Below the pieces are notes generated by a model. It made no database searches. It was given only the letters and a program-made list of their open reading frames with translations, and was not told where the DNA came from. A program made the translations under genes and the position numbers. A stretch of DNA of 63,990 nucleotides, filler included, from Basidiobolus ranarum (taxonomy: Eukaryota): assembly GCA_040143965.1 (NCBI GenBank). It is 3 parts of 3 records of this genome, joined end to end, with 100 filler letters (N's around TTAATTAATTAA, not from the genome) between each part and the next. Parts side by side here need not be neighbours in the genome. Positions count along the whole stretch, not along the records: positions 23,448 to 46,779 come from JASJQH010007044.1; 2 more parts are not named here. One strand, written 5' to 3'. Positions 24,336-38,110 of this stretch are shown in pieces. Positions within the stretch are counted from its first letter, which is position 1, and each line of letters opens with the position of its first letter.

Positions 24336-27142
24336 GTTTAGGCAATGCTAATTTTGACAGTATGCAATCTCACAAGCTGTTAGAGATATTATGATGATTC
24401 AAGCCCATTACAGTGCATGAATTTCCAGCTACAAGGGAAACCAAACATTGCCTCTGCAGCTCTGATTTTGAATTCAGACATTTTTTTCACCAACATTAGG
24501 TAAACTAACATAATATTCATTGGTAATATTGTTTCAAAAGATGCTTTTAATACATACAATAGTATTCTTGACAGAGCCAGTGAAAACTTGAAAGCAGATG
24601 TTGCTATGCAAGCAACAGGGTCCCAAACATCATTACAATGGCAACTAATCACCAAGTAAGAAAAATACTTGAAATGTGCTTGGCAAAGCCATTATGCATC
24701 TGAGTATCAGGAACTGCCCTCACAACATGGACCCAATCTTGAAGTTTTATTACCTTAGATAGTGTCATATGCTGCATATAGAATATTGGATCACAGATTC
24801 TAGAAATCACGTGGCAATGTTTGGCAATATCCAATACCCTCCAGCATGATTGGTTTAAATTATGTTTACTCCATTACTTTGAGCTAAGGTCTAATAAACT
24901 CTTGCCTGATGGAATAAGTCTGGTTTATAAAATAGAGGTTACCTGGGGCTTTTTATCCCTTTTCCCTTGGATTCAACATTACTAAGTGACATTTTGATCT
25001 TGACAAACATTGAGTTAAGATATATTTCTTGTTCCAAGCTGCTTGGGATATTCCATTGACAGCAAAATTTTCCATTCTGTTGCAGAATTTGGAGCCATAA
25101 TAGTGTCAATAGCGCTTGATGCAGCAGCTAGAAGTTGCCATAGTGATGTCGGTCATTGCTTTAGAATATATTTCTCGCTAGAATAAGAGCTCAAGTTATT
25201 GTAATATACTTTGCCAATAAGCACCAAATGCTAAGCATAATCAGAATAGTTAAATGAAATTACTCTAGTTCAATATTTGCACGAGACGCTGAGTCAGCTT
25301 AGTCATCATATATGAGCGATCGAGCGTAAACGAGTGGAGTCTCCCTATGATGGCAAAACGAAGATCCAAAAGCAGTTGGAAAGATAAATCACTTGCATCA
25401 GTGTTTTGCAATTAATTTTTCGCGTCAAATAGTTGTTCATTAGTGCACTACTTTTTTGAACCGACATTAGCGGAATAGTAAAAGCCAGTCAGTAGGCATT
25501 GGGCTAGATTTAGCTAGTAAAACTAATGCGCCGACAATACCTCTTTTAACATGCACATTTCGAATTCCAGCGTCTAGTTACCTATTATTGCACGAATATT
25601 TCGGTATTTCATACTTGCTTTTGACTTCCCAATCCAATAACCTTGAAGCTGTATTAACAGCATACACCCTGACACTCTTATAATGCATGCATGATCATCA
25701 AAATAGCTTAGAGTTTATTTAATTTAGTCGTTGACACCCACCGACATATTAATATAGAATTCCCCAGACAGGCCCGAATTGATTAGTACTATAAAAGCAG
25801 CCACACTTGATTGGTTGATGTTTCCACTTAGGGTCTCGGATACGAATGAGCTAGATTGGTGTGATATATAAGCAGTCTCTCAAACCCCACATGATCCGAG
25901 AGATGATTTGATTTAATCTTCGATTCAGCGCGCATAATATGGGGGTAGATTCGCCTGGTAAAGGTAGTAATGAGTCAGTGATCGCTTGTGCATCTATTGC
26001 ATTTAATACTGGTTGCGCCTATGTAGCTGAATTGGGTATATTCAAGCGAAAATCGATTAATGGTCTTGATCGAGTATATGAGACATTCTGATTGTCAACT
26101 GTAACCTGGGGCTATGACTAGGAAAAGATTCTCAGGATTGACCAAAGTAACTACATATCAAGTTTCAGATATTAACACCCAGAGGGCATATTTGTTTTGG
26201 TAAGCAGAGGCACCTGAAGCCAGAGTATAGGCTCTATGCCATACAGAGTGTTTTGTTTCTTCCCAGGTTGCAGCTTTAAGAGTGATCATGTGAAACCGAA
26301 CTATACAGTATCAAGAGAATTCAAATATGGGTGCTTTGTGTCATGTTAAACGAGATACGCTTTCGTATGTGGGTGAGTCGGGAGTCAATCGCACTCGATT
26401 CGTATCATGCGTATTCATTCAAACACTTTTTATCCGTATCTTTGTTAGAGACGTACAACGGCTTATGAAAAGCTAAATGTACATGCAGCATACTTTGTTC
26501 CGAGGTTCACCCCATCCGACCTCTCTTTCTTAGTAACTTTTCTGGTGATTATAAATGGCCTTTCCAGTGTGTGAATTTCCACCGGATAGAATTCCTGAAG
26601 CTTTGGAAGGTTCTTATGTTTCGAAATGATTCTAACCATTGTTTCTTGGATAGTCCGTTTTACAATCTACCAAACAGTCAATACTGGGTAATTTCCATTC
26701 TTAGACCATGCGGAGAGCAAAAGTGGAACTGTAATTGATCACAAACCTCACACTTGAGCCAATCTCTTAACCAGATCTGTGGCAATCATGCTTCGTATAC
26801 TGGCTGCTTATCCCTCCAATCACTCAGCTATCCGAGTTTAGTGTGGTATGCATGACAGAAGTAATATGAAGGTGATCACACGTGGTTTGTTTGGCTAAAT
26901 TATGGTGATCTAAGTATCACAGTTCACACAGCGTTACACTCCATTCTTTATCGAAAACATTGATATAACATTTACAGGATCTTGGCACCATTTTCCTTTT
27001 TTCTTCCTCACGCTCATAAAAGGTAAGAGAGGACAAGAAACCTCCAAGATCAAGGATAAATCTTCACACTATTTAATACCAGCGTCTTACTCACATTGTT
27101 CTCTTGCAGCGATAGTTCTTTATCTTTCCTTCACTATTTCTC

Positions 27143-29832
27143 ATGTTTAACTTTTCGTCCTTTTTATTATCTTCTGCTGTACTAATTTTGAGTGTATATA
27201 CTGATTACTCATTGGCCTATCCTAAATCCAGCAACTTTGCCTTGTCTAATGTCCTCAACTTGGTAGACAATGTCTCTAGTACTGATAGCAGTACTGCACA
27301 GCCTCTCACTTATTTTCATCAAAATTGGGAGGCCAAATATATTGTTATATCGTATTTGGTATCGGTATTGGGGGCTCAAACGGCCCTCGAATTAATCAAT
27401 CGTCGAACCGGATCCACTGGATTACACAACTGGCTTCTGCTAATAGGAGCTTCTTTAGCTATGGGCGGTGTAGGTATTTTCAGTATGCACTTTATTGGGA
27501 TGGTTGCCTTGAATCTTCATCACCCTTTTGAAAAAACCTCCAAAATGTATCCAATTGCTTATCAGTTCGGATTCACCTTTTTATCCATTTGCTCCAGTTG
27601 GATCGGTGTCGGTTTAGCATTTTATTTTGTTGGAACTTCAGAACGCGTAATTCCTTCTCGAATTGTAGCCAGTGGCCTTTTCGCTGCTGCTGGTATTTGT
27701 ACTATGCACTATATCGCTATTGTTTCGATGAATACTCACGTGGTGTACTCGCCTCTAATCGTCGCCGCTTCGGTTGCAATCGCCATCGTAGCAGCGTGTG
27801 CCTCTTTGTTCATTTTTTTCACACTACGCTCCAAGTGGAAGGCTGCATGGTGGAAACGAACCATTTGTGCTATGATTATGGCTGTGGCTGTGTGCGGGAT
27901 GCATTATACTGGTAAGTTAGCCTATCCCAATTATTCGTGTTTTCACTATCATTTCGATTTGCCATAGTATCTCAACAATATTCTCTCGGCGAACTATAAT
28001 TAGGAATGGCCGCTGTCAATTACAAAATACAAATGGATGATATGGGGCCCAGCATGGACAATCACTTACTAAAAGGGCCTTCTGTATCTACTAATCTCCT
28101 CGTCACTCTAGTGGCTTGTATTTCCAGCGTAGTCTGCGTCTTTCTTATAGCTTACTCCTATTTTCGCTATCGAGCACAGGCCCGTGAACTTTCAAAGCGT
28201 ACCAAAATAACCCTTGCTGTGTTCTATGTGGATGACGAGGGAGCGTTGTTGGTGAACAGTGATGGATTTGTTCCTACTGAAGAAATCGTCTCCGAGTACC
28301 AGTACCGCATCAATGAGTTCGAATTCCATGTGTCTCATTCTACATTCCTTTGGGCTTACCGAGCTATGAGGACGCTGTTTGTCAGCTCAGAGGGTAGTGT
28401 TATCAATCGAGTGCTCAATCTTGATGGCTTCACCGCGGAGTACGATACCATTATGTCGGAAAAATCAGGCAAAGAGTTTGAAGTGAATAGATTTGACGAG
28501 AGACGTAACGAGCACAATTTCCAAGTGAAATTCCTGAATAGTGTCAGTAGCCTCTCTAAAACTCTGAAGATATCCCCCACTGAACTAGGTATGTTATATG
28601 ATCGGCCTATTTACCCTGATACTCTCCATACCGTAACACGCTCAAGTGAATTGAGCAACGGTAGTGGTAGCGAAGGGGTTGTCCTTTGCGTGGTACGCCA
28701 CATTTCAAATGATAAGGTTCATCACGAAAGTCATTTCCCCAGTCTGAGTTATCGTTGGGTTCAGCCAAACCTCATTGCTGGTCGTCTGAGAAAGCAGACA
28801 GGAATCAATGCGAGTGAATTGGATCGAATGACCAAGGATATTAAACAATATATTCGACACACAGTTCACGAGCAATATCCAACACATAGTCATCATGCCT
28901 CTGTACTTGTTGTTCGAACTAGCTTAAGTGGATTTCAGATCTTGGTACCCAGTGATCGTCGTGCTACTATACCTACCGTGGATATACCAATCGGAATGAG
29001 TTACGAAAGTATCAATGAATTTTGTAAACAGTATTCGAATGCCGGTGCTATGATAGAAGAACACCAGCAGACCAGTATGCCAGGTTCGAAACCAGAATCG
29101 GATGCATTTATTAGTTCACTTCGCAACCTCTTTCCGGCGAATGATTACATAGGGCATCATCCGTATCTTGATAAAGTGATAATTCAAGAAACACCCTTCC
29201 AAATACCAACATCGTCCGAGCAACGTGCACGATTTTCATCCGATTCTACAATATCTTCGGAGCCTCGAAGTGGTGATTCTTCTGTGACGGTAACAGGCCA
29301 AATGCCTATATCATCTCTATGTTCCACCATCATATTTTATCACATTTTTAGTGCTACTGAAGTCATAGCCCAGCCACCAATAGGTTATGAGTTCATTGAT
29401 TTAAAACTCTTTGAGTTGATGAACGCGTTTTATGTATGGCCCGTAGAAGCTGTTGCCCATTTCTCACGACTGGTTGAACTAGAGTTCATATCGGCACTTT
29501 CCGGCAAACGTCGGTATAGTAGCATGGATAGTCAAGAAATTACTGCCATCACGCAATTCGAAACTGAACCAGATCTACTATTAAGGAACTCTGTATTCGA
29601 AGAAGAATCCGACAAATTTTCTACGTTAAACTCGTGGTTTTCACGTTTACCAAGTGTAAAGAGTGATACAAAGAATTCATATCCTCTCACTGATAAAACA
29701 CTGGTCAACATGCATGAGAGGTCGTGGAATACTAAGCGGTGGTTACCAAAATATCTTGTATCTTCAAACTCAACAAATGTGGACTCCAAACGTCCAGACT
29801 CCGCGACTTTCTCCATCACTGAAAGAGGCTGA
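27143..29832 (+). CDS. MHYT-domain membrane sensor protein with a long cytoplasmic C-terminal region (intron 27912-28003)
   Basis: Three MHYT-type repeats (SMHFIGM, TMHYIAI, GMHYT|GM), multiple TM helices and an N-terminal hydrophobic leader. A probable 5'UTR intron lies at ~27023-27109. Confidence 0.9.
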
Positions 29833-32800
29833 GTAATAGATTCGATCCTTATGAATAGCTACTGTGGATCAGTTAGCATTATTATCAAGTTCATTGAGGA
29901 TCCACGCCTAGGTGTATGTTGGCACAATCTCGCAGTAACTGTACCGTTGTACATATCCTCAACTATAAACACTTTTTAAGCCGGTAAATCAGCCTATTTT
30001 GGCTATATAGATAACACTTGAGCGTCCATTTGGAGGAATATATCGTAAATCCGATGAGTATTATCACTAAATTGCTAGAGGGAGGAAGAGCCCTATTGAA
30101 CCCCAGATGAATTCAAATATAAATAAAAAAATATCCATGAACACAAAAAAGGCGTAACCTGTCACAATTTCTTTTGCCTATTCTTGCGTAACTATGTGGC
30201 ATCGGAGGGACTATATATATACATGCCATTTCAGAAATACTGCTAATTGTCAAGGAAGCCACAGTAGTTGGAAAGCGAAAAGACACAAAGGATCATGTCC
30301 CGAAGAAGCAAAATGCGAAATCTGTTTAAGCCGAAGAAATATCAGTAGTGTCATTTTTACTTTATAGTAAGAAGCGATGTCGTATGCCTACTTGCACAAT
30401 GGCCTACGTAATCAATCGGATGACTAAAACTAATCCAAGATATATGTTAAGATAGGATCCAGTCATAGGAAGTGGATCCTTGGCAAGTTTTATGAGTCAT
30501 TTTCGTACATGTAATTGGTTAAAACTCGAATTCAAACGCCTATTGAGAATACATGAGCACCAAAGCTAAAGTGTAGTCACGGTATTCATTACGGTACCAC
30601 CTAGAAGTGACATGTCAAAGTTGACATCTTTAACATTAGCACAAAACCCTCTCTTGTAGTTGATCATACATATGTTCATTCAGCACGATGCACCAAGGAT
30701 TGCAATGCACACAGCCTGGGGATTGTATCATACTAGCAGCCTTGTTGCTTCACTGAGCTAGACAAATACTTAACAAATTTGATATATACGCTTCCATATT
30801 GCTTATCACTCGAAAGCAGCCAATAGCTACATTGTCACTTTTCTGCTCTTACGCAACGAAGCTTGTCCATTCTCTTTTGCTCTCGTTCATCACCCGATGT
30901 ATTCCAGAGATCCTTGTACACACTCGAATCATACCCCAGTTGGGAATCAAGAGATTATCGGCATGGTTAATATCTTTGACAGATAGACCACTAGTAAGCA
31001 AGCGATATTACTACGTGTCGTATCCACGCGAGCATCAAGGTCTATGGCTGCTGCTAATGGTTTGGAGGTATTGGAAGAGTATCCAGATCAGGTCATATTA
31101 TCCGATTTAGATATACTCAACAGCAAATGGGAAATTACAGCCAAAATAGATCTACTGCACATGTTCAGATTATCGGAAATATCAATATATGAGACATGTA
31201 ATCCTTCACCCCTACAGCCAGCGCAATTGTTGCTTCTCATAGGTGGATGTATGATTATATATACTGGTTTTCTTTGGTCAGTCAAGCTACATCCAAGCCC
31301 ATCACGTTGGAAGCTCAGTTGGGAATCTAGATTGACTTTGTGCATGTTGAAACATGGTGCAAACATCCATCAGTTTAAACGATTGCAACTGATGGAGAAC
31401 GGAATTTATGGAGTATTCAAGAAAGATTAGTTCAGAGTTCGGCATTGTCTGGGAAAATAGGGATGTTTTCAAAGTTACAATAGACGATGCAGACCAATGT
31501 GAGATTCATTAATTGCTTACTCAATTTGCTATCCATCCCGTCCCTTCTTAGTAATATGTACAGTACTGCGACCTCATGCGAGAATGTACCAGCGCCTAAT
31601 GGATTGCACTCTACCAGATTCAACCAAGCAGCCTGTAGGTGATATTTGTAATTCCCATTCTGGATCTACTCTATAATGATAGTAGCCGCGAATCGATCGA
31701 GAAGTTGGCACAAGCCAATCTCTAATGCAGTTTAGCAACTAAATGAAATACAGACTAAGTTGTCCAATTATCTCGATGCCCCAATCTGGCTCGCAGAAAG
31801 ATATGTGCCAATACGGTTAGTACAAATCACTCAGCCAGTGGGCGGTACTACAATACTAGAGAGCATACATGGTGAGTTGTAAAATTGAAAGACCCCAAAT
31901 AATAGCATCTAACTCCCGAATAAGCGTGGCGCTCATCCAGTAGTAGTGGGCTTCTTCTCTACTGTACGTATGGCACTCGTTCTCTGACGATAATGGATTC
32001 CATGATCCGTGTATTGCTCAGATCGCCCCTCTTGTTGTTTTGATTATCGGTTATTGCCCTATTTGTAAGATGTTGTTCTCATTCGCCATCCTGGGTCCAA
32101 TTAACTCATTTTGCTGTCTTAACGAATGATGTTACAACATCAGTGATCCATCATCGTGACCTTGCTCTTATCAAGAGCAAAGTGCTAACACACCGTTCTT
32201 TGCACTTGTCTGTATTAGGAACTGTAGCGACCTGAATTAATTCGCCATCTATCCGGCTATTAGATTGCACAACTAACTTCTACTAATAGGAGCTTCCTTG
32301 ATTTTGGCTGGTGTAAGCCTCTTCAGTATACACTCCATCGGGAAGGTTGCGTTCTATCTTGTCGGATGATTTACCGAGCCTCCAATATTCATCCGATAGT
32401 GTCGATATATCCTAGCCAAGTTGAGCTGGATTAACTTAACAGAGTGTAGACAGTCTGACCAGTTGGAGCCTGAAATTGAATGTATACATTTGTTTTCATG
32501 GTATCTTCTTTTCAGTAGATGTTTAATTGAGCTCTAGTTTGTTTCTTGGCAAAGTGTGATTGAGTGCTAACATTCCAAATACCGGTATTTTCCTAATCAC
32601 ATACTCATTTCTTATTTGTGCTCTTCATGACTTCATATGTGTGTTTTATTCGTAATGCCCTTCAATTGATATGTATCTCTGAACCATCATTTTCTGGTGC
32701 TATTTGGAGCATATGGGTTACAGATTCCTTCTTTTAGTTAGCAATGTTTCAATTAGTATTTTCTATGCACCTTTTTATCTTCACGCTATCATGCGGTCAC

Positions 32801-33332
32801 TACAGTTGCATGAGAATATCGAACTTAGTTGGGTCCACAGTAAAATCAAGATACCATGAAAATTTGTATGATGAATTACAAGTCATACTATATACAGTTG
32901 ATTCTTACGATTATGATTTGTTGTTTTTGCCTTCACAAGTGTGAAAAACTTCTGCAGTACGCTTTTCTTGGGAGGTGAATGGTTATACTTAGGGTTACTT
33001 TACCATCTTTATCATGTATGTTATCCCTAGTTCTATACACTCAACCATATATATCGGATCCAAGTTATTTAATATTGAATAGTTAGTAGTCGGTTCATGA
33101 TTGAAACAGGTATACAAGATACAAGAAAAATTTGTCAAACATATCCAATATGTGATGATTTTCACTTTTCAGATATTAACTAAATAAATAGAAACTATGC
33201 TAAATAAGATGTATGAATAGCTAGGTGCTTACCACTAATGCTTCAACACAAATAAGCCCAGAATGCTTACCCATTTATGTGGAATCCTAGCAACTAATCA
33301 TTATAACTCAGGTTGAATATAGTAGTACTATC

Positions 33333-33671
33333 TGTTAAAGTATTTGGGAGCCTGTTGGAAGTGGTTTGGAGAATTAGAGAAATTGGTGGTTTTCACTTGT
33401 TGATTTATTGACTATTCAATTAACATTAATAGTTTTGTCAAGATGTAAGCAAACTAGCATGTAGAATGTGTTAAGGAAGGTCCCAGGAACATGTGTGCAA
33501 AGTTTGAGGCTTCTTTGAAGAATTTATATATCTGAGAACTTCTAAGTTGGTGTCAATATTCTAAGTAAATTCCAATTGTGAATAATGGAAAATATCTTAG
33601 TGAATTATAAGATAACTAAGTACTAAGCTATATATGACTATATCGGTGTTTAGGCAATCCTAATTTCAACA
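33333..33671 (-). mobile_element. Solo LTR of the same copia family with a perfect 5-bp TSD (CTATC)
   Basis: Reverse complement of the LTR at 23989-24335, with TG...CA ends; ctatc at 33328-33332 and 33672-33676. Confidence 0.92.
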
Positions 33672-33986
33672 CTATCAAAACATGATGTATTCAACTCAAT
33701 TTTAGCATGAGTTGTGTTAGACCCAAAAACATATGAAACTATTGCCAGGACTGGATATAACCCTGTTACTATAAGAACCAAGCATTCTTTTCATTGGACA
33801 AGCTTGTGGTTTGAAAGCAAATATTTGAGAAATGGATATATTGTGAGTTTGAGGGATATTTATTAACTGACCAGTTATAATGTATTTATACTTTTTGGTG
33901 GAAATACAGAAAATCAGCCATGAGATTGTGTTCTGTGAGAGTAAAATGAGTCATACTTATATTTATTTGCCAGACTTCAAAGCTTC

Positions 33987-34314
33987 TGTTAAAGTATTTT
34001 GGGAGCCTGTTGGAATTGGTTTGGAGTACTAGAGAAATTGGTGGTTTCCACTTATTATTTATTGAGTTGAAAGTTAACATTTATAGTCTTGTCATAGTGT
34101 AAGCAGACAAACGTGTAGAATATGTTAAGGAAGGTCACAGGAACATGGGCGCAAAGTTCAGGGCTTCTAGCACAAGTTTGAAAAGAGCTATATATCTTCA
34201 AACCTCTAAGTAAATTCCTCTTGAGAATAGCGGGTGATCATAGTGAGATATAAGATAACTAAATACTAAGCTATATATGACTGTATAGGTGTTTAGGCAA
34301 CGCTAATTTCAATA
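33987..34314 (-). mobile_element. Second, older solo LTR (TSD gcttc/acttc, 1 mismatch)
   Basis: Starts tgttaaagtattttgggagcctgttgg and ends gctaatttcaata; more diverged than the copy at 33333. Confidence 0.88.
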
Positions 34315-35473
34315 ACTTCAAGTTCAGCATGGCTAATTCTTGGATAATTCTTATCTTAGATATATATTCTGATTTTGAACAATGTGCTGATTGACTAATA
34401 AACTTTGCTAACAAAATAGTCAGGCACGCAAAGCTAGGGATAACAACCATAATAAAGATAATAAGCTTCAACATTGCTATGAAGTTTTATTTGCAGTATC
34501 CATTTCCTTGGCATCACATATCATTTTAAGAGTTCAGAGTTGTTTACATCAGCCAACTAACAAGCAAAAACTAGGCTCAATCTCCAACATGACGATTGAT
34601 TTTATACTTTGGTAACTATATAAAGTATCATAGATTGAATACCAAATCCTATTTCCGAGAGCTGCTTCACATATACATTGGAAGCTGTACTTACAAAACC
34701 ACATTGAGGGTGAAAAATAAATGTGTGCGTTCTAGCCACATCAACTAGTTCAGAAATCAAGCACTGTTACGTGTGTTGGGTGCATACATATACCCAGAAA
34801 CTTAATTAGGCAACGATGTGACAGTGAAACGACTCAACATTGGACCTGGCTCAAGGATGATCATATTTCAAATTCGAACCATGTTGTTTGCTACTGTACT
34901 GATTACACAAATATAATGGATAATTTGATGGTAATGTTCACAACAGATCTCCCTCAACTGCGATATGCGAGAGACGCTGCCTAGACAACCATGACTAAAA
35001 TTGGATCTGCTGTTTAAGAGAATGAACAGATCAATTCATCGATAAGTATACTACGATAACGCGATAAGCCTTCAGTAAGCACGTGTTGGTTCCAGAAATT
35101 GCGCCCTATACTGCCTCCTTCGCTACTGGCTCCGATGGTGCTTTGAAGCAAGGATGAATGGCTGAATTTCAAGAATTTATTCGGTATTGAGAAAGTAACG
35201 TTATTGATAGACCTGCCTAAGATAACATCTCTTCACGAACACTCAACATCAGGCCTAGAAGATAGGGGAAGGGGAGCGGTGATTATACCGCAATATATGT
35301 ATAATAATACCATTTTCTGAAGGATAATCATCTATATTGAATAACTTGGTGATCTCATGAAGGAACTGTACATACGAATTCTTATAGAAATCTAACCGTA
35401 TGGTTTGTCAAGTTTAAATATTCCAAATAGTCTAAATACGCAAGGCAACTCAGCGGCAGTGATAGTGACTTTG

Positions 35474-36293
35474 TTACTGACCATGTACGCCTCTTTGATG
35501 CCTCCTCAACCGTGTGCGATCTGCAAAGCTTTTGGTGCATCCGTCCAAACCACAAAAAAAGGTTTTAGGCCCATGAATAACCAAATGCTTCGTGAGGCCA
35601 CTCTGGTCAGCAAAATTGCGATTACACCCTGGGTAGGTGCACTGTACCGGGCGTGAAGAGTCCACAATTGGATGGGGCGAGCTGAATTTTTCAAGCGTGA
35701 TAGGACGTTTAAGTAAAGGTGCTCCATCTAAAGGTACAATTTTCAGTTTCAAGCGAACAGTTTGTTTCGAAGAAAGACGGCATTTACCTGGGCACCACGA
35801 AGAGAAACAAACCTCGCCAGTTAAAGTTCGAATTACTAGCGAACGTTTCCTCCATTTCCTAGGATGTTGCCCCTTCTTGGGTTTGAGTTCAGTTTGGATA
35901 GTAGCAATTGATTCTACTACCATTCATTGTAAGGTGACGAGCTTGTACAATACTCTGAACTTAAGAGTACTTACCTTCTGATAAGGTAGGTGTTTCAACA
36001 ATGCTTGTATTTTCAGAACTAGAAATGTAATGTGAATAGTTATTGGACAAATATGTCGAAAACATCAAGACTTACTTGGTGTCACATGATTTCTTACTGG
36101 GTGTAGTGTCAACATTAAAATTGGATTCTGACACATCTTTAAGCCTATCTTTTAGAGAATTAGGTTGGTCTTCGTTAGTGTCTGGAGAGGATCCTGTCTG
36201 AGGAGTGAGGGTAGGGGAAGGTGATGTTTTAGGTGACAGTCGTAGTTTGAGTCCAGTGTTTGGCAAGGAAGTAGGAGTAGCGAGAGTTGCCAT
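35474..36293 (-). CDS. YY1/Pho-like C2H2 zinc-finger protein with a REPO-like motif and two fingers, 4 exons
   Basis: RKWRKRSLVIRTLTGEVCFSSW resembles YY1 [48 protein letters not shown] resembles YY1 ZF1 [26 protein letters not shown]. Confidence 0.8.
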
Positions 36294-37529
36294 GGTTGCG
36301 AGGTATAGAGCGTCACTAGGCCAAAAAAGATAAAGAAGCTGATATATATAATAGTCTTTTAAAACTACTTTAGTTCTTGAAGTGTTGAAGGATATCTAAA
36401 GGACAGGGTGTGGAAGGAGAGAATAACAGGTGTAAGTGGGATAGTTGGAGTATAAGTTTATTTAACGGTTTGGAAATTTTTATCACTATTCCCGTGAGAG
36501 CTAGGTGGACAAAATAAAATCAATAGAGTGGGTTGAGTGAACATTGATAGCTAAGAAAATCTTGAGAATTGGTGCGAAGTGTGTTGTATAGCTTAGACTG
36601 AAGGGAAAAGCAAGGTCTGACCGAATCTGTTGATACGCCTCTTTGCTTGGACGATTTATAATTTACCCATCAACGATTCCCGATGATTTGATCATCACGT
36701 CAGAGCTCGGGTCTAAATCATTCGCCGTCAAGGGCAATTCCTCACCCTATCTGAGTTGTCTCATTGACATACCACCTCAACAATGTCACCCAATTATCTG
36801 TTTCAACCACCCATTCTACCGATTCTAGATATGACACTATGATATATCCCATTGGCTCTTCACATGCTGGTCTGGATTTAAAATGACAAATTTACATCTT
36901 GATACTTGGAATAGAGTCAAAGATGCACTATTGCCAAAGGTCTGCCAAGTAAGCACGCCGGCACTAGACCGAGGGTCCAAATACCCATGATAAGTCCTGG
37001 AAAGTAAATATATGGAGCAATCGATCCTACGCAAAGAATAACGCAAAATACTTCGTTACGATTGCTCATTCGTAGTAGGTAATCTTTGCTTCGTATGACA
37101 CGTTTCAAATTATGTAAATGGATGCAATTTGGTGATTTGAGAAGGCCGCCCATATATATACAGATCGCTACAAGGGACAACACAGTGAGTTCGTATGATT
37201 AGTTACTTATTTATCGTGTTTCGGAGATTCTTTTCCTCCTTTTCATCATGTCGTGTAGTCGAACATAAACACGACTCGTATAATACTCGAACCTCCATAG
37301 TTTATCTGCAGCTAATATTGAATTTGACTCATGTTACCATCATTTCCATTAAGCCGTAGAATGCAACACAGGGCGGCTAACGTGGCAAATCTCACCTGTT
37401 GACTTTTTTAGAAGATTAATTTGTCTAGAAATTATTCGGATTCCTCTGGCTTAAAACATTTCGTTACTTTTTAAACTGCGAAACCCGCACATTAGTATAC
37501 GTTACAATCCCTCTTTCTTTTACTAAAAT

Positions 37530-38110
37530 ATGAGCTACGCTGAATATATCCCCGAGGGGGCTTTTGCTAAATGGGTTCTATTCATTGCTGTCGTCTCTGT
37601 GTTTAATTCCCTACAATGCTACATTGCACCATTAGGATTGACCCGCCAACTATATGGCCGTAAACCCGAACAAGGTACACTTCAAAACCCATTCTCTGTT
37701 TAATTTCTTGAAACTAATCAACCGTTTTTACATTTCTCGACTTATAGTGACAACTCTAACCTCTCATATGTTTGCTACTTGGACTCTGACTGTTTCGATG
37801 GTGCGTTTTTATGGCGCTTATCACTTGAATGATCCCACGTAAGTTACGTTCTTTTGCTAATTATTTCCTCTCCATCTGTCTTATTCTATTTTCTCTAGCG
37901 TATTTAATATGGTTTGGTATACATTTGTTGTGGCCTTTTTCCATTTCTCCACCGAAGTCTTTGTTTTCCGTAGCGCCAAACTCGATAAGGGCACTATCAA
38001 CCCTATGATTGTTTCTAGTAAGTATACTTACCTTGAAGCGAACTTTCTACTTGAATCCTAACCCTTTTTATGTAGTTGGCTCAATGATTTGGATGTACAA
38101 CCTTCAATAG
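37530..38110 (+). CDS. ERG28: Ergosterol biosynthesis scaffold Erg28, 4 exons
   Basis: KWVLFIAVVSVFNSLQCY..LYGRKPEQ|VTTLTSHMFATWT..VRFYGAYH..FFHFSTEVFVF..PMIVS|IGSMIWM. Confidence 0.92.

Noticed and set aside
32000-32500. Minus-strand protein-like stretch (DEYWRLGKSSDKIERNLPDG..NTDKCKERC)
   Set aside because: Several stops and no family I can recognise; it may be a pseudogene but is not supportable.
36640-37250. Short ORFs between the YY1-like gene and ERG28
   Set aside because: No coherent spliced model or motif; probably the divergent promoter and UTRs.
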